DNA of 64,000 nt from contig JBGTHM010000039.1 of assembly GCA_041746255.1 (NCBI GenBank), positions 1 to 64,000 of the forward strand, read 5' to 3'. Positions within the stretch are counted from its first letter, which is position 1; every line of letters begins with the position of its first letter. A program made the position numbers and the translations under genes. The stretch comes from Fibrobacteria bacterium. Its GTDB lineage: Bacteria > Fibrobacterota > Fibrobacteria > UBA11236. Below the pieces are notes generated by a model. The model was not told the DNA's origin. It was given only the letters and a program-made list of their open reading frames with translations, and ran no database searches. Shown piece by piece: positions 1 to 9,957 of this stretch.

Positions 1-1027
1 GCAATTCGGCTGCGTCTACAGACTGGATGCGGACACGGCCGGTTTCCATATGCCGACGTAAATGCATTCCGAGTTTATCGGCTCGGTTCAAATAGGAATG
101 CAGCGTCTCGTCAAAAATGAAAATACTGACGTTCTCCCCCCGGTCGGCAGCCGCGGAGGCATACTGTGCGGCTATGGTGGATTTGCCGACGCCTGCCGGA
201 CCAAGCAACAGGCTGCTGGTTCCTCGGTCTAAGCCGCCGCCCAACAAGGCATCGAGTGCTGCTATGCCGCTGGGTAAGGATTCCAATGCGAACTCCTTGG
301 GGTTGGCAGAAGCGACGATACGGGGAAAAATATTAAGCCCTCCGGTTTCTATGATGTAATCATGATTGCCGTCCAGAAAGCTGACACCGCGTAATTTGAC
401 CACGTTTATTTGCCGTCGGTCGGCGCCGAAGTCGCTGTGAATCTTTTTCAGCCATAAAACGCCATGCGCTATGCTCTGGATTTGTTGTTCCGTATCCCCC
501 GAGGAATAATCGTCCAACAATATCACTGTGCATCCCCGCTCGGCGAAATACTGTTTGAAGGAAAGCATTTGGCGCCGGTAACGCAGAGAATCCTGCGCCA
601 ACAAGCGAAATTCGGAAAGCGAATCAAAAACCACCCGGGTCGGGTTCACTCTTTCCACATGTTCCTGCACGATTTTCACCGTTTGGGTCAATTCCACTTC
701 GGAAGGGTGAAATAGGGTATTCTGCGATTCAACCAGGAGTTGATGTTCCAATGCCGAGAGTTCGAGTATGTCCAAGCCATCTAAGCTCCAGCCATGGGAT
801 TCGGCTACGGCCAGCAATTCCTCCTTGGTTTCGGATAAGGTGATATACAGGGCATTTTCCCCCGAGCGTATCCCCTCGAGCAGAAATTGCAAGGCCAGGG
901 TGGTTTTGCCGACGCCGGGATCGCCTTGCACTAAATAAAAGCGTCCACTGGGCAGTCCGCCACCTAAAATGCTGTCTAGACCGGGAATACCGATTTTGGC
1001 ACGGGAAAATGCGACGGAATTAGACAT
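1..1027 (-). CDS. KaiC-like double RecA-domain ATPase (partial, runs off left edge)
   Basis: Manual translation from ATG 1027: MSNSVAFSRAKIGIPGLDSILGGGLPSGRFYLVQGDPGVGKTTLALQFL...YITLSET. Second Walker A GPAGVGKS near 180-202. GGAGG RBS upstream. Absent from the ORF track because there is no stop in the window. Confidence 0.9.
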   Translation of the reverse strand, partial: MSNSVAFSRAKIGIPGLDSILGGGLPSGRFYLVQGDPGVGKTTLALQFLLEGIRSGENALYITLSETKEELLAVAESHGWSLDGLDILELSALEHQLLVESQNTLFHPSEVELTQTVKIVQEHVERVNPTRVVFDSLSEFRLLAQDSLRYRRQMLSFKQYFAERGCTVILLDDYSSGDTEQQIQSIAHGVLWLKKIHSDFGADRRQINVVKLRGVSFLDGNHDYIIETGGLNIFPRIVASANPKEFALESLPSGIAALDALLGGGLDRGTSSLLLGPAGVGKSTIAAQYASAAADRGENVSIFIFDETLHSYLNRADKLGMHLRRHMETGRVRIQSVDAAEL

Positions 1028-1161
1028 ATTTACCTCCAGAACAGAACCCTATTTCCGAGTGTAGGAGAGGGTAGGCGAAACCGCTAAGGGTCTACATCCA
1101 TAGAGGCAAATAAAATACAAATTGGCAAAATGGCAAACTAACAAATCGGGCTAAAAGCGAT

Positions 1162-1737
1162 TTAAACCCTTAATGAGCCCCGGAACGCTCTGGCGCCATA
1201 GTACGATTCCGCTCCGTTATGGTAGAGGAAAACGTGGGCATAGCGTTTATCGCAAAACAGTGCGCCCCCCAATTTTCGAATAGCGGAGGGTGTTTGCACC
1301 CAGCTTGAGGTTTTCGTATCGAAATCACCCAGTTTCTGAAGGTCTCGATATTGCTCTTCCGTCAAGAGCTCGATGCCCATGGCAGCAGCCATATTCATGG
1401 CACTGTCTTTGGGCTTATGTTCTTTGCGCGCCTCCAGGGCTTCCTGGTCATAACAAATGCTTCTACGGCCTTTGGGACTTTCCGGCGAGCAATCAAAAAA
1501 AATGTATTCGCCCGTCTTCTTATCATGGCCGATAACATCCGGTTCACCGCCGGATACTTCCATCTCATTGAGGGACCACAGTTTTTCGGAATTCGCTTCC
1601 AGCCTGGCTTGTACTTTCGTCCAATCGAGCCCTTTATGGCGATTCGAATGCTTTTCAAAACGATCCCGTAAAGATCCGAGCAATGCTATACGTTGCTCCG
1701 GCGACAATTGCTTTTTATTACTCTGCATTTTTTTCAT
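1162..1737 (-). CDS. DUF4256 domain protein
   Basis: Motifs WSLNEME.SGGEPDV, ESPKGRRSICYD, YHNGAESYY.AR.FRG. Confidence 0.85.
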   Translation of the reverse strand: MKKMQSNKKQLSPEQRIALLGSLRDRFEKHSNRHKGLDWTKVQARLEANSEKLWSLNEMEVSGGEPDVIGHDKKTGEYIFFDCSPESPKGRRSICYDQEALEARKEHKPKDSAMNMAAAMGIELLTEEQYRDLQKLGDFDTKTSSWVQTPSAIRKLGGALFCDKRYAHVFLYHNGAESYYGARAFRGSLRV

Positions 1738-1739
1738 GG

Positions 1740-2138
1740 CTATTTATTCATTCCGGAGACCATGTGTAGGCCGAATTTTCTTTCCGTCGGTCTGAAATAC
1801 CAGGATACCACGACCAGGATTAATGTGAATAATGCCGGTAGAATTTCAGTAATGGGATGTCGCGTCACCATGTGGGACAAAACGGCTCCCGACATGGCAA
1901 AGAAGAACCCGGCATAAGCCCATTCCTTTACCAAAGGATTTTTCGGGATAAGCACTGCAACTACCCCTAAAAATTTCCAGACGGCAAGGATTTTTAAGAA
2001 GTAAGCGGGATAGCCCAGGTCTATAATCGCATCTGTTTCCGAGTACAAAGCGAATAATTGGACAATTCCACTGGTTAGCATCCCAAATGCGAGCCAGACG
2101 GTTGCAATCCAGTAAATGATTTTTTTTCTCTTGGTCAT
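1740..2138 (-). CDS. DoxX-like family membrane protein
   Basis: KIIYWIAT...LGYPAYF...KEWAYAGFFF, four hydrophobic segments. Confidence 0.85.
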   Translation of the reverse strand: MTKRKKIIYWIATVWLAFGMLTSGIVQLFALYSETDAIIDLGYPAYFLKILAVWKFLGVVAVLIPKNPLVKEWAYAGFFFAMSGAVLSHMVTRHPITEILPALFTLILVVVSWYFRPTERKFGLHMVSGMNK

Positions 2139-2267
2139 AAAATTTACCCTTTTAGACCAACAAGGTCATGGAAAAATAATAGGTAAGTGAATGCCTATCT
2201 GTAAATCCCAGTTGAAAAATTGAGGAATCCGATGCTAATATCGTCCATCACACTTCAAGGAGCATTC

Positions 2268-3059
2268 ATGCCCAAAATTGCGAAACCCACCCTTCCGTCC
2301 CTGGCTGCCATGAGTGCGGTGATGCTTTCCGCCTTCGCCGCTCCCATACGCGCTGATGAGGTTCCCAAGTTGTTTATGGCAGGCCTGGGAATGGGGACAA
2401 CGCTGCCACGGACCATGGCGGAAGGTTTTGTCGGCGGGGCTCTTCACTTGCCTTACCTCGCCTATGCCGATTTTTCCCTGGGCTACGGTCCGGGCGCCGA
2501 TGGAATCGGAACGCGATTCGATGTCTCCGCGGGTTACCCCCTTCCCCTGTGGGAAACTACCGTAAAAGATGCCGTGACTATTTCGGAGAAAACGCGGGGT
2601 TCGGTGACTACGATTACCTATGTTCCCACTGAGGTGGACGCTCGCCGGGTACTCATACCTTTTGCCACGACCCGTAATATGTTCGGTCATGGCCCCTTTG
2701 AGCCCGTAACGAGCGGCAATGTACCGAGGGAGAGCCATAACCGTAAGCGCCTCGGAACCTACTCCAACTTTGGGGCGGGCTTAAAGTTTTATCAAATCTG
2801 GAATTCGGAAGAAACGGAAAATGGAGTCACGCAAAGATTGTGGGGAATCTCCGGATGGTCGGCTATGTACCTGTATTCTCCGATGGAGGCCGCGGACGGG
2901 GACAATAAGGCTATCAGCCAGAACGGGTGGTGGGTGACTTACCAGAGTATCAGCCGTATTGGTAAAATCCGGGCGCCCTTTATCATGGGCTTTGGAGTCG
3001 AGCCATCCTGGGGCTTTGGTCTCGAATTCACCTTCCTCTGGCCCATGGTCAAGTTCTAA
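2268..3059 (+). CDS. Hypothetical secreted / outer-membrane protein
   Basis: AAGGAG RBS before ATG 2268, signal-peptide-like N-terminus, amphipathic beta-type segments, C-terminal Phe. Confidence 0.6.
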   Translation: MPKIAKPTLPSLAAMSAVMLSAFAAPIRADEVPKLFMAGLGMGTTLPRTMAEGFVGGALHLPYLAYADFSLGYGPGADGIGTRFDVSAGYPLPLWETTVKDAVTISEKTRGSVTTITYVPTEVDARRVLIPFATTRNMFGHGPFEPVTSGNVPRESHNRKRLGTYSNFGAGLKFYQIWNSEETENGVTQRLWGISGWSAMYLYSPMEAADGDNKAISQNGWWVTYQSISRIGKIRAPFIMGFGVEPSWGFGLEFTFLWPMVKF

Positions 3060-3090
3060 CCGGCCCCTAAATTCCGTAATCATAGCATTT

Positions 3091-3114
3091 CGTTATATAC
3101 TTGAGTATATTACG
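3091..3114. promoter_or_regulatory. ModE binding site
   Basis: CGTTATATA-N6-TATATTACG matches the ModE palindrome CGnTATATA-N6-TATATAnCG. It lies 60 bp upstream of modA, and modE is in the same operon. Confidence 0.85.
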
Positions 3115-3174
3115 GGCCGGTATGGCCCCCGCGCATAGGGGGCTCTATTCAGACTTTCGCAAGGAGGTCCCGGC

Positions 3175-3921
3175 TTGCAATATTTTGCCCTAACCCTCCT
3201 GCTCGCCCTCTCTACATTTGCCCAGGAAATCACAGTAGCCGCGGCGTCCGATCTGAAATTCGCCATGGACGAAATTATCACCGGGTTCCGTCGAGAGGAC
3301 CCGACGGTCAAGGTGAACGTGGTATACGGTTCCTCGGGGAAGTTCTATACCCAGATCCGGCAAGGCGCGCCTTATGACTTGTACTTTTCCGCGGATATCC
3401 ATTATCCCCGTGCCTTGGCCGACTCCGGCTTTGCGGCATCCGCAGTCATTCCTTACGCATTGGGTCGCATCGTACTCTGGAGCGCGCGCCTGGACGCTTC
3501 CCAATGGACCTTGGACAGCCTGCTGAAACCGGAAATCCGCCATGTGGCCATCGCCAACCCTAAACATGCGCCTTATGGCAAACGGGCGGAGGAAGCTTTG
3601 CAGTCTACCGGGCTAGGGGAGAAGCTCAAGCCGAAATTAGTTTATGGAGAAAATATCGCGCATGCCGCCCAATTCGTGCAGACGGGAAATGCCCAAGTCG
3701 GTATCATCGCCTTGTCGTTGGTACTTAGCCCGGAATTATCGCAAAAGGGTGGATATTGGCTTATTCCCGACAGCTTGCACCTTCCCCTGGAGCAAGGGTT
3801 CATGATCACCAAAAGGGCTGCGGACAATACCGTGGCGAAGAAATTTTCCGACTATATCCTCGGCCAAAAGGCCCGTGTGATCATGAAGCAATACGGATTT
3901 GTTTTGCCGGACGAGAATTAA
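3175..3921 (+). CDS. modA: Molybdate ABC transporter substrate-binding protein
   Basis: VAAASDL, GSSGK, GAPYDLYFSAD, IANPKHAPYG motifs. TTG start after AAGGAGG. Confidence 0.95.
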   Translation: MQYFALTLLLALSTFAQEITVAAASDLKFAMDEIITGFRREDPTVKVNVVYGSSGKFYTQIRQGAPYDLYFSADIHYPRALADSGFAASAVIPYALGRIVLWSARLDASQWTLDSLLKPEIRHVAIANPKHAPYGKRAEEALQSTGLGEKLKPKLVYGENIAHAAQFVQTGNAQVGIIALSLVLSPELSQKGGYWLIPDSLHLPLEQGFMITKRAADNTVAKKFSDYILGQKARVIMKQYGFVLPDEN

Positions 3922-4604
3922 TGTTCTTAACTCCAAGCGACATACAAGCTCTTTGGCTGACCGCCAAGCTCGCCGGTTTGGTGACGCTCATTTTGTTTCT
4001 GCTCGGCACTCCCTGTGCCTGGTGGCTGGCGCGCACGCCTTCGTGGTGGAAAGGGCCGGTAGGCGCGGTTATCGCCTTGCCCTTGGTGTTACCTCCCACC
4101 GTAATCGGATTTTACCTGCTCCTGGCCATGGGGCCTTATGGACCGGTAGGACGCGTCACCGAAGCCTTGGGGATAGGACTGTTGCCTTTCACTTTTCCCG
4201 GTTTAGTGGTAGCTTCGGTGTTCTACTCCTTGCCATTCATGGTCCAGCCTTTGCAAAACGCTTTTGAAGCTATCGACAAGCGCTATTTGGAGGCGGCCGC
4301 CAGTTTAAGAGCTTCTCCGCTGGATCGGTTTTTCACCGTGGCCGTGCCTCTGTCTTGGCCGGGGTTCTTCGCCGCCGGGGTGCTCACCTTCGCCCATACC
4401 GTAGGCGAATTCGGGGTAGTACTGATGATAGGGGGAAATGTGCCTGGAATCACACGCGTGGTTTCCGTGCAAATCTACGACCACGTCGAAGCCCTGGAAT
4501 ATGGCGACGCCCATCGGCTGGCCATCGTCATGTTGGTATTTTCTTTTCTTGTCCTCCTTTCGATTTATGCGTGGCGTCGGAACCCCAGAAAGGCCCTGGC
4601 ATGA
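3921..4604 (+). CDS. modB: Molybdate ABC transporter permease
   Basis: LPLVLPPTVIGFYLL, FAHTVGEFGVVLMIGGN. TAATG overlap with the modA stop. Confidence 0.95.
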   Translation: MFLTPSDIQALWLTAKLAGLVTLILFLLGTPCAWWLARTPSWWKGPVGAVIALPLVLPPTVIGFYLLLAMGPYGPVGRVTEALGIGLLPFTFPGLVVASVFYSLPFMVQPLQNAFEAIDKRYLEAAASLRASPLDRFFTVAVPLSWPGFFAAGVLTFAHTVGEFGVVLMIGGNVPGITRVVSVQIYDHVEALEYGDAHRLAIVMLVFSFLVLLSIYAWRRNPRKALA

Positions 4605-5665
4605 AGGCGCGCTTCCGCTTGGAATGGCCGGGGTTTAATCTTGACATCGATTTAGCCTTGCCGGAAAAAGGAGTCACCGCCCTATTCGGGGCTTCCGGAT
4701 CGGGTAAGACGACCTTGCTGCGATGCATCGCGGGATTGGAACGCGCGCTGGTGGGTTTTTTTTCCGTTCTGGGCGAGACCTGGCAAAGCGACACGATTTG
4801 GTTGCCGACGCATCAGCGTCCCATCGGCTATGTTTTTCAAGACAGTTGTCTGTTTCCGCATTTAACGGTACAGGGCAATTTGCGCTATGGCATGCAGCGG
4901 TCGAAGTCCAAGCAGGCCATTGATTTGGATCATGTTATAGGGTTGCTGGGGATAGGCCACCTATTGGATCGCAGACCCCATTCCCTTTCCGGCGGAGAGC
5001 GACAACGCGTAGGCTTGGCGAGAGCCTTGGCCGTGGGGCCGCGCCTATTGCTTATGGACGAACCCCTGGCCGCTCTCGACCTTGAGCGAAAACGGGAAAT
5101 ACTGCCTTACCTGGAACGGCTGCGGGACGAATTGTCCATTCCCATGCTCTATGTCACCCATTCACCCGAAGAAGTAGGGCGGCTGGCGGATCATCTTGTG
5201 ATCCTCGAAGCGGGAAAATCCGTGGCTTGCGGGCCTCTCGCGGAAGTGATGGCGGGCAGGGATGCCTTCGCTCGTATCGGAGAAGAGCCCGGTGTGGTTT
5301 TAGAGGCCGTGGTGGCGAAAATCGATTCGGAATGGAATTTGGCGCAAGTTGAATTCGCCGGTGGAAGCCTGTGGGTGCAGGATGGCGGCATTCCCATCGG
5401 GAAAAGGACGCGGGTGCGGATTCTGGCGCGAGACGTAAGCCTGACTTCCGGCTTTCCCAACCCTTCGAGTATCCAAAACCAATTTGCGGGCACGGTCGAC
5501 GACATTGGCGCGGACGGCCATGCCGCCTTGGCGCTGGTTCGCCTTCGGGTAGGGTCTTCGCTGCTTCTGGCGCGCGTGACCCGAAGAGCCGCGGCGGATC
5601 TCGGAGTCGTGCTGGGTTGCAACATAGGGGTACAAGTGAAATCGGCGGCCTTGGTGGAGTGGTGA
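4601..5665 (+). CDS. modC: Molybdate ABC transporter ATP-binding protein
   Basis: GASGSGKTT, LSGGERQR, LLMDEP, C-terminal TOBE (SSIQN). ATGA overlap with modB. Confidence 0.95.
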   Translation: MKARFRLEWPGFNLDIDLALPEKGVTALFGASGSGKTTLLRCIAGLERALVGFFSVLGETWQSDTIWLPTHQRPIGYVFQDSCLFPHLTVQGNLRYGMQRSKSKQAIDLDHVIGLLGIGHLLDRRPHSLSGGERQRVGLARALAVGPRLLLMDEPLAALDLERKREILPYLERLRDELSIPMLYVTHSPEEVGRLADHLVILEAGKSVACGPLAEVMAGRDAFARIGEEPGVVLEAVVAKIDSEWNLAQVEFAGGSLWVQDGGIPIGKRTRVRILARDVSLTSGFPNPSSIQNQFAGTVDDIGADGHAALALVRLRVGSSLLLARVTRRAAADLGVVLGCNIGVQVKSAALVEW

Positions 5666-5689
5666 TGCCGATTATCGGGAGAAGCGCTC

Positions 5690-6493
5690 ATGACTCTTAA
5701 AAAAGGTTTGCTGCCGGCCGGAGAATTCCGGCTCGATCGCAATGACGAGATTTTCATCGGCGGCATGCGTTTCGCGCTGCTTTGCGAAATAGGGAAAACG
5801 GGCTCCATCACCCAAGCGGGAAAAACCGTGGGCATCAGCTATCGTACGGCCTGGGATGCCGTGAATAAGATGAACGCATTGTCGGACAAGCCACTGGTGG
5901 AAAGCGTCGTCGGGGGCGAGAAAGGGGGAGGCACCCGACTCACCGCTCAGGGCCGAGCCATGGTGGAATTGTATGCGGCGTACCGGCTGGAGCATGACAA
6001 AATCTTAGCCTCGCTGAAGCACGCCCTCGGCGATTTCCAGCGCTTCAAACTTCTAGCCCAAAAAAATTCCTTGAAGGTAAGCGTCCGAAACCAACTTTGG
6101 GGCAAGGTCGTATCCATCCGGAAAACCGCGCTCACGGCCCAAGTCACGCTTCGAATCGGATCGCGAGAAACCCTCGAATCCGAAATCACTCGAGAAGGTT
6201 TGGATACGCTCGGTTTGCAAGTAGGCGATAATGCCTTTGCCTTGATCAAGGCCAACTGGATTTCTTGCGAGCCAGTGAGGAAAACCCCTAAAGGGAAGGC
6301 CGGGAACCGTTTACAGGCAACCATCGCAGCCTTGACCCAGGCGAAAGGGGGAAGCGAAGTCAGGCTGTGTACAACCGGAGGAAATGTTCTGACGATTTTC
6401 AGAAAAGTTCACAGCGACGAAACGCCCATGAAAATAGGGGAAAAGGTCATCGCTTTTTTCGCACCCTCCTGTGTAATACTGGGAGTGCCCTAG
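5690..6493 (+). CDS. modE: Molybdate-responsive regulator ModE (wHTH + TOBE domains)
   Basis: GSITQAGK.VGISYRTAW, GGEKGGGTRLT, SVRNQLWG, LIKA. Confidence 0.9.
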   Translation: MTLKKGLLPAGEFRLDRNDEIFIGGMRFALLCEIGKTGSITQAGKTVGISYRTAWDAVNKMNALSDKPLVESVVGGEKGGGTRLTAQGRAMVELYAAYRLEHDKILASLKHALGDFQRFKLLAQKNSLKVSVRNQLWGKVVSIRKTALTAQVTLRIGSRETLESEITREGLDTLGLQVGDNAFALIKANWISCEPVRKTPKGKAGNRLQATIAALTQAKGGSEVRLCTTGGNVLTIFRKVHSDETPMKIGEKVIAFFAPSCVILGVP

Positions 6494-8223
6494 AACCGGG
6501 ACGAATTCACGATATTCCGCCGCACCGTCATGCCGTCCACTTCAATATGCAAAACGTAAAAGCCCGACGGAACCGTGGACATATCGATGAAGTGAACCTT
6601 CTCGCGGGAATCGAAAACCGTCTTTCCGGATGCGGACACCACCCGCATTCTTTCAACCTGGGAGTATTCGGGAAGGGTGATGCTCAACATGGAATTGACG
6701 TTGAATAAAGCGATCGATTTTTCCAATTCGGCCTGCGTCGCGATGCGGGTGGGGACTTCACTCGATCCCGCGGCTCCGGTAATACTCCCGGAGATGGCAT
6801 AGAAACCCAGTGAGGAATAATTCGAGAAACCGGAGAGGGGAGTACCCTCGGCGCCTCCTTTTACGGCGAGGGTGTATGTCCCCGCCGGCAAGGCTAAATC
6901 GAATTCTGCATGCCTACGGCCCGTGGGATTGCTCCGGGCGACTTCCTTTCCGGATGCATTGATAATCGCAGCCTCGACATCCAGCATGGAACCGTACGGG
7001 CGCTCGGTCCTTGCCACCCGCAGCTTGGCATGGCCTCCACCGGAGGCGATGCGAAAGGTCCACTCATCCTTATTGTTGCTCCGTACGATTTGTCCACGGT
7101 TCTGCAAGGCCGGAATTTCGGTCCCCTTGCCGAATTTCAGCGGCACCAAACCATTATGGAGCTTGGCCCGGTAGTCCAGATGCCGGCGGGTAATCAAAGC
7201 GAAATCATCCTGCTTCTGGTTGGCATCGGTATATTCACCTTTACTGTACTGCAACAAGGCATCAGCCCCATTTTTAATCCCGCTGGCATGGCTACCCATC
7301 ATGGGCGTCCAGCGGAACGATGCAATACCTCCAAAATAGGCGCCTTTGGAGCTTCCATCATGGCTCAAACCCAGCTGATGACCCACTTCATGTCCCAAGG
7401 TTCCCCCTTGATAGGCCGGACTCGATTTCTTGTAAATATTGCAGGCCCGCGCGGTTCCGAATGAGTTGAGGCCGCAGGAAGAACGACCCGTTCCGGTAAC
7501 CTGCCTGGACCTTCCCCGATTGGCGACCGGGGTTTTAGCCCATACGTTCGGATCCGTAGTCACATTCACGTCGAACATCGATACGGTGGCGGAGAAAGTT
7601 TGCCAGGCTTCCCACATTTGCTCCGGCTTGAATAAATTTTCAGTTTCAGTGATATCCCAGTATAGCACCTTGGGCGCACCCGGCTTGCTCTGAAATTTAT
7701 TGACGGGTGTTTTGTCGTAGGGACCGATATGGGGCTCGATGCCTTCCGCCTGCAACGCTTCGGTGTCGTAGGCGTCGTATGTATCCGGTTGATCGGCTTG
7801 GTCGGTTGGATCCGGAGTCGCATCGGGGAAAATACAGTCGGGAAAAATCTTGGTGACGGGAATTTCCTCCACCAGCAGGATACCGTTGTCGTCCGTGGTA
7901 TACTCGTAAGCGACGTTTCTATGTTTCAGAACAACCCAGCCGTAAATATCGGCGGGATTTCCCTTCAGGATGAAATCGGAGTTTGAAGATTCCTGGGCCC
8001 TGCCCACCATGGATAAATGGTCGCCCTCCCGGCTGATATCCTCAATCAGGACGGGTATCGGTTGACCCAGGTTGGAGTAAAAGGTGTAGGTGGAATTCGC
8101 ATGCAGATTTTGAGCGTGGATGCCCTTCAAGAAAGTAGCTGCATCGCCTAGATTGAATTTAGGCCCGGCCCATGTCAGCCCTAAGGAAACCATTACCATG
8201 CATGTCGACCTGGAAAATTGCAT
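6490..8223 (-). CDS. Secreted metzincin (M12-like) zinc metalloprotease with PPC-like domain and sorting-type C-terminal domain
   Basis: HEVGHQLGLSHD zinc motif, Met-turn WTPMMG, LPAGTYTLAV PPC-like segment, C-terminal ...GKTVF...IDMSTVPSGFYVLHI. Confidence 0.85.
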   Translation of the reverse strand: MQFSRSTCMVMVSLGLTWAGPKFNLGDAATFLKGIHAQNLHANSTYTFYSNLGQPIPVLIEDISREGDHLSMVGRAQESSNSDFILKGNPADIYGWVVLKHRNVAYEYTTDDNGILLVEEIPVTKIFPDCIFPDATPDPTDQADQPDTYDAYDTEALQAEGIEPHIGPYDKTPVNKFQSKPGAPKVLYWDITETENLFKPEQMWEAWQTFSATVSMFDVNVTTDPNVWAKTPVANRGRSRQVTGTGRSSCGLNSFGTARACNIYKKSSPAYQGGTLGHEVGHQLGLSHDGSSKGAYFGGIASFRWTPMMGSHASGIKNGADALLQYSKGEYTDANQKQDDFALITRRHLDYRAKLHNGLVPLKFGKGTEIPALQNRGQIVRSNNKDEWTFRIASGGGHAKLRVARTERPYGSMLDVEAAIINASGKEVARSNPTGRRHAEFDLALPAGTYTLAVKGGAEGTPLSGFSNYSSLGFYAISGSITGAAGSSEVPTRIATQAELEKSIALFNVNSMLSITLPEYSQVERMRVVSASGKTVFDSREKVHFIDMSTVPSGFYVLHIEVDGMTVRRNIVNSSRF

Positions 8224-8371
8224 GCGAACCCCGCTATAAAGGACAGTAAGCCCAATTTAAGGGCCCAGCAGGTAATGGACCGCGTGATTATTCGTATTTT
8301 GGTGAATTTTCGTTTAAAAATAAAAACATGGATGCGGGACGATGCAACCACGCCGGCGGCGTAAACCCTGA

Positions 8372-8641
8372 ATGAAGTCGATAATCCGTATTTTCCTCAT
8401 TTTCGCGACCCTGCAATTGGGCCTGGGATGTTTCATGCAGACAAAGCTTATTTTCCCCGCGCAGAAACTTGCGCGTGACCCTGTTTTTCCTCCCCATAAA
8501 AACGGTCGTGAGGTCGCCATCCGCACCGGGGATGGTTTATCGCTCAGCGGAATGCAATATCGAAATTTCAACAGCGGGAACATCATCCTAACCTCAGCCG
8601 TTTTCCGGAAGTCAAAACGATTTTACTTCGGTTTCTTATAG
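8372..8641 (+). pseudogene. Truncated alpha/beta hydrolase (N-terminal fragment)
   Basis: TM helix, Q.KLIFP, EVAIRTGDGLSLSG, NIIL, then the expected xFHGN motif and catalytic core are absent. Stop follows 16 codons later. Confidence 0.6.
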
Positions 8642-8645
8642 GAAA

Positions 8646-9071
8646 CTAATGATCGTGATCGCATTGCACCCAGGCATCACCGCCGTCGGCGTAGAACTCG
8701 TGCTTCCAGATGGGCACTCTCCGCTTGATGCTCGACATGGCTAGGGAAACGGCCTCGAAGCATTCGCGACGGTGTTCGGCGGCGGCGGCGACGCAAACCG
8801 CCACCTCGCCCACCTCCAGCAACCCGACCCGGTGGATGCATGCGATTCCGGATAAACCGAACTGGTTGCGCAGCTCTGCCAAAATGCGGCTGCCCTCGGT
8901 AAGCGCGAGTTTATCATAGGCCTCGTATTCCAGACGGAGCACCTCCCGGCCATTATGCCGGTTGCGTATCCAGCCTTCAAAACTGACGAAACCGCCGCTG
9001 CCGGAATCCAGCAAGGTGCTTCGCAGTGAGGCTAAATCGATGGGATCCCGGGTTATCTGAAAAATACTCAA
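8646..9071 (-). CDS. moaE: Molybdopterin synthase catalytic subunit
   Basis: FEGWIRN, LEYEAY, HRVGLL.VGE, HR.E.F, K.RVPIWKHE. Confidence 0.95.
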   Translation of the reverse strand: MSIFQITRDPIDLASLRSTLLDSGSGGFVSFEGWIRNRHNGREVLRLEYEAYDKLALTEGSRILAELRNQFGLSGIACIHRVGLLEVGEVAVCVAAAAEHRRECFEAVSLAMSSIKRRVPIWKHEFYADGGDAWVQCDHDH

Positions 9072-9328
9072 CCTCCCGATACCGGCGGAATGAAGACCAC
9101 CCGGTCGCCCGACCGCAATACCGTATCCCAGGAGGCGAATTCATCGTTCACCGCTACGTGCACACTGTGACGCTCGAGCGGAAAATGGTATTGCGACTTC
9201 AAGCGTGCATAAAGTGCGGAGAGATCGCCCTGTTCCAGGTTGTGCGTCTCTTCCTTTTTTTTCGCGCATGCCCGCAGCTGCGCGAAATATTCGACGGTGA
9301 TTGAAATCGGTTCGTTGTCGGTTTTCAT
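9068..9328 (-). CDS. moaD: Molybdopterin synthase sulfur carrier subunit
   Basis: V.YFAQLR, VAVNDEF, C-terminal PPVSGG. Confidence 0.95.
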   Translation of the reverse strand: MKTDNEPISITVEYFAQLRACAKKKEETHNLEQGDLSALYARLKSQYHFPLERHSVHVAVNDEFASWDTVLRSGDRVVFIPPVSGG

Positions 9329-9957
9329 AAAGGGTCTCGCGATTTTTGTCCGGCTAAAAGGTCCCGCGCACGTTGGAAATCTTCGGGGTGGTTGGCGTTG
9401 TCCAATGCCTCGATACTTTCGGGGGATACCAGCTGTACCTCAAGCTGTTTTAATATTTTGGTCGGGCAGCGAAGGCCATCCTCTGCAAGCTTCGTCGCGA
9501 TTTCTCGGAATTGAGGCTCGTAAATCGCGCAAAGAGGTTCCGGATGCTGTCGTACGGGGTTGTCGAAGGCCGTGACCAAGCGCGAAGGAGCGCGCATCTC
9601 CAATAAAAGATCCAGGTCTTCGGGTTTCAGGAAAGGAAGATCGCAAGCCACCACAAAAAAGGCTGCGTGGGGGTGGGCGTTAAGGGCCGAGAGAATCCCT
9701 CCCAACGGACCCCATCCCAAGAAGCTGTCGGGCACGTGGGGCTTGTCGCCGAATTGGCCATCCGCGACTTGGTCCGGTCGACAGGAGTAGAAGACTTTTT
9801 CGCAACGCGTTTCCAACATGTCGGCGAGGAAACGGGCCTGGGGGACTGTGCCATGGTATTGCAATGTGCTTTTGTCTTTGCCCATTCGTATGCTGCGTCC
9901 GCCTACCAGGATTAGGCCATACAGGGGCGCCGGTTCCAACCCTTTCACATTTTCCAT
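9325..9957 (-). CDS. mobA: Molybdenum cofactor guanylyltransferase
   Basis: LVGGRS.RMGKDK, GPLGGI, VACDLPF, EPLCAIY, NANHPED. Confidence 0.9.
   Translation of the reverse strand: MENVKGLEPAPLYGLILVGGRSIRMGKDKSTLQYHGTVPQARFLADMLETRCEKVFYSCRPDQVADGQFGDKPHVPDSFLGWGPLGGILSALNAHPHAAFFVVACDLPFLKPEDLDLLLEMRAPSRLVTAFDNPVRQHPEPLCAIYEPQFREIATKLAEDGLRCPTKILKQLEVQLVSPESIEALDNANHPEDFQRARDLLAGQKSRDPL

Noticed and set aside
1..1027. Circadian clock locus
   Set aside because: KaiC-like ATPases of this type are widespread signalling proteins. No kaiA or kaiB is visible, and the downstream context is outside the window.
3756..4600. Long upstream starts given for modB (3756) and modC (4355), and similarly 14677, 31829, 47353, 55492 and 61912 for other genes
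   Set aside because: The extensions overlap neighbouring genes or promoters and lack family similarity. Downstream starts with RBS or stop-start coupling fit better.
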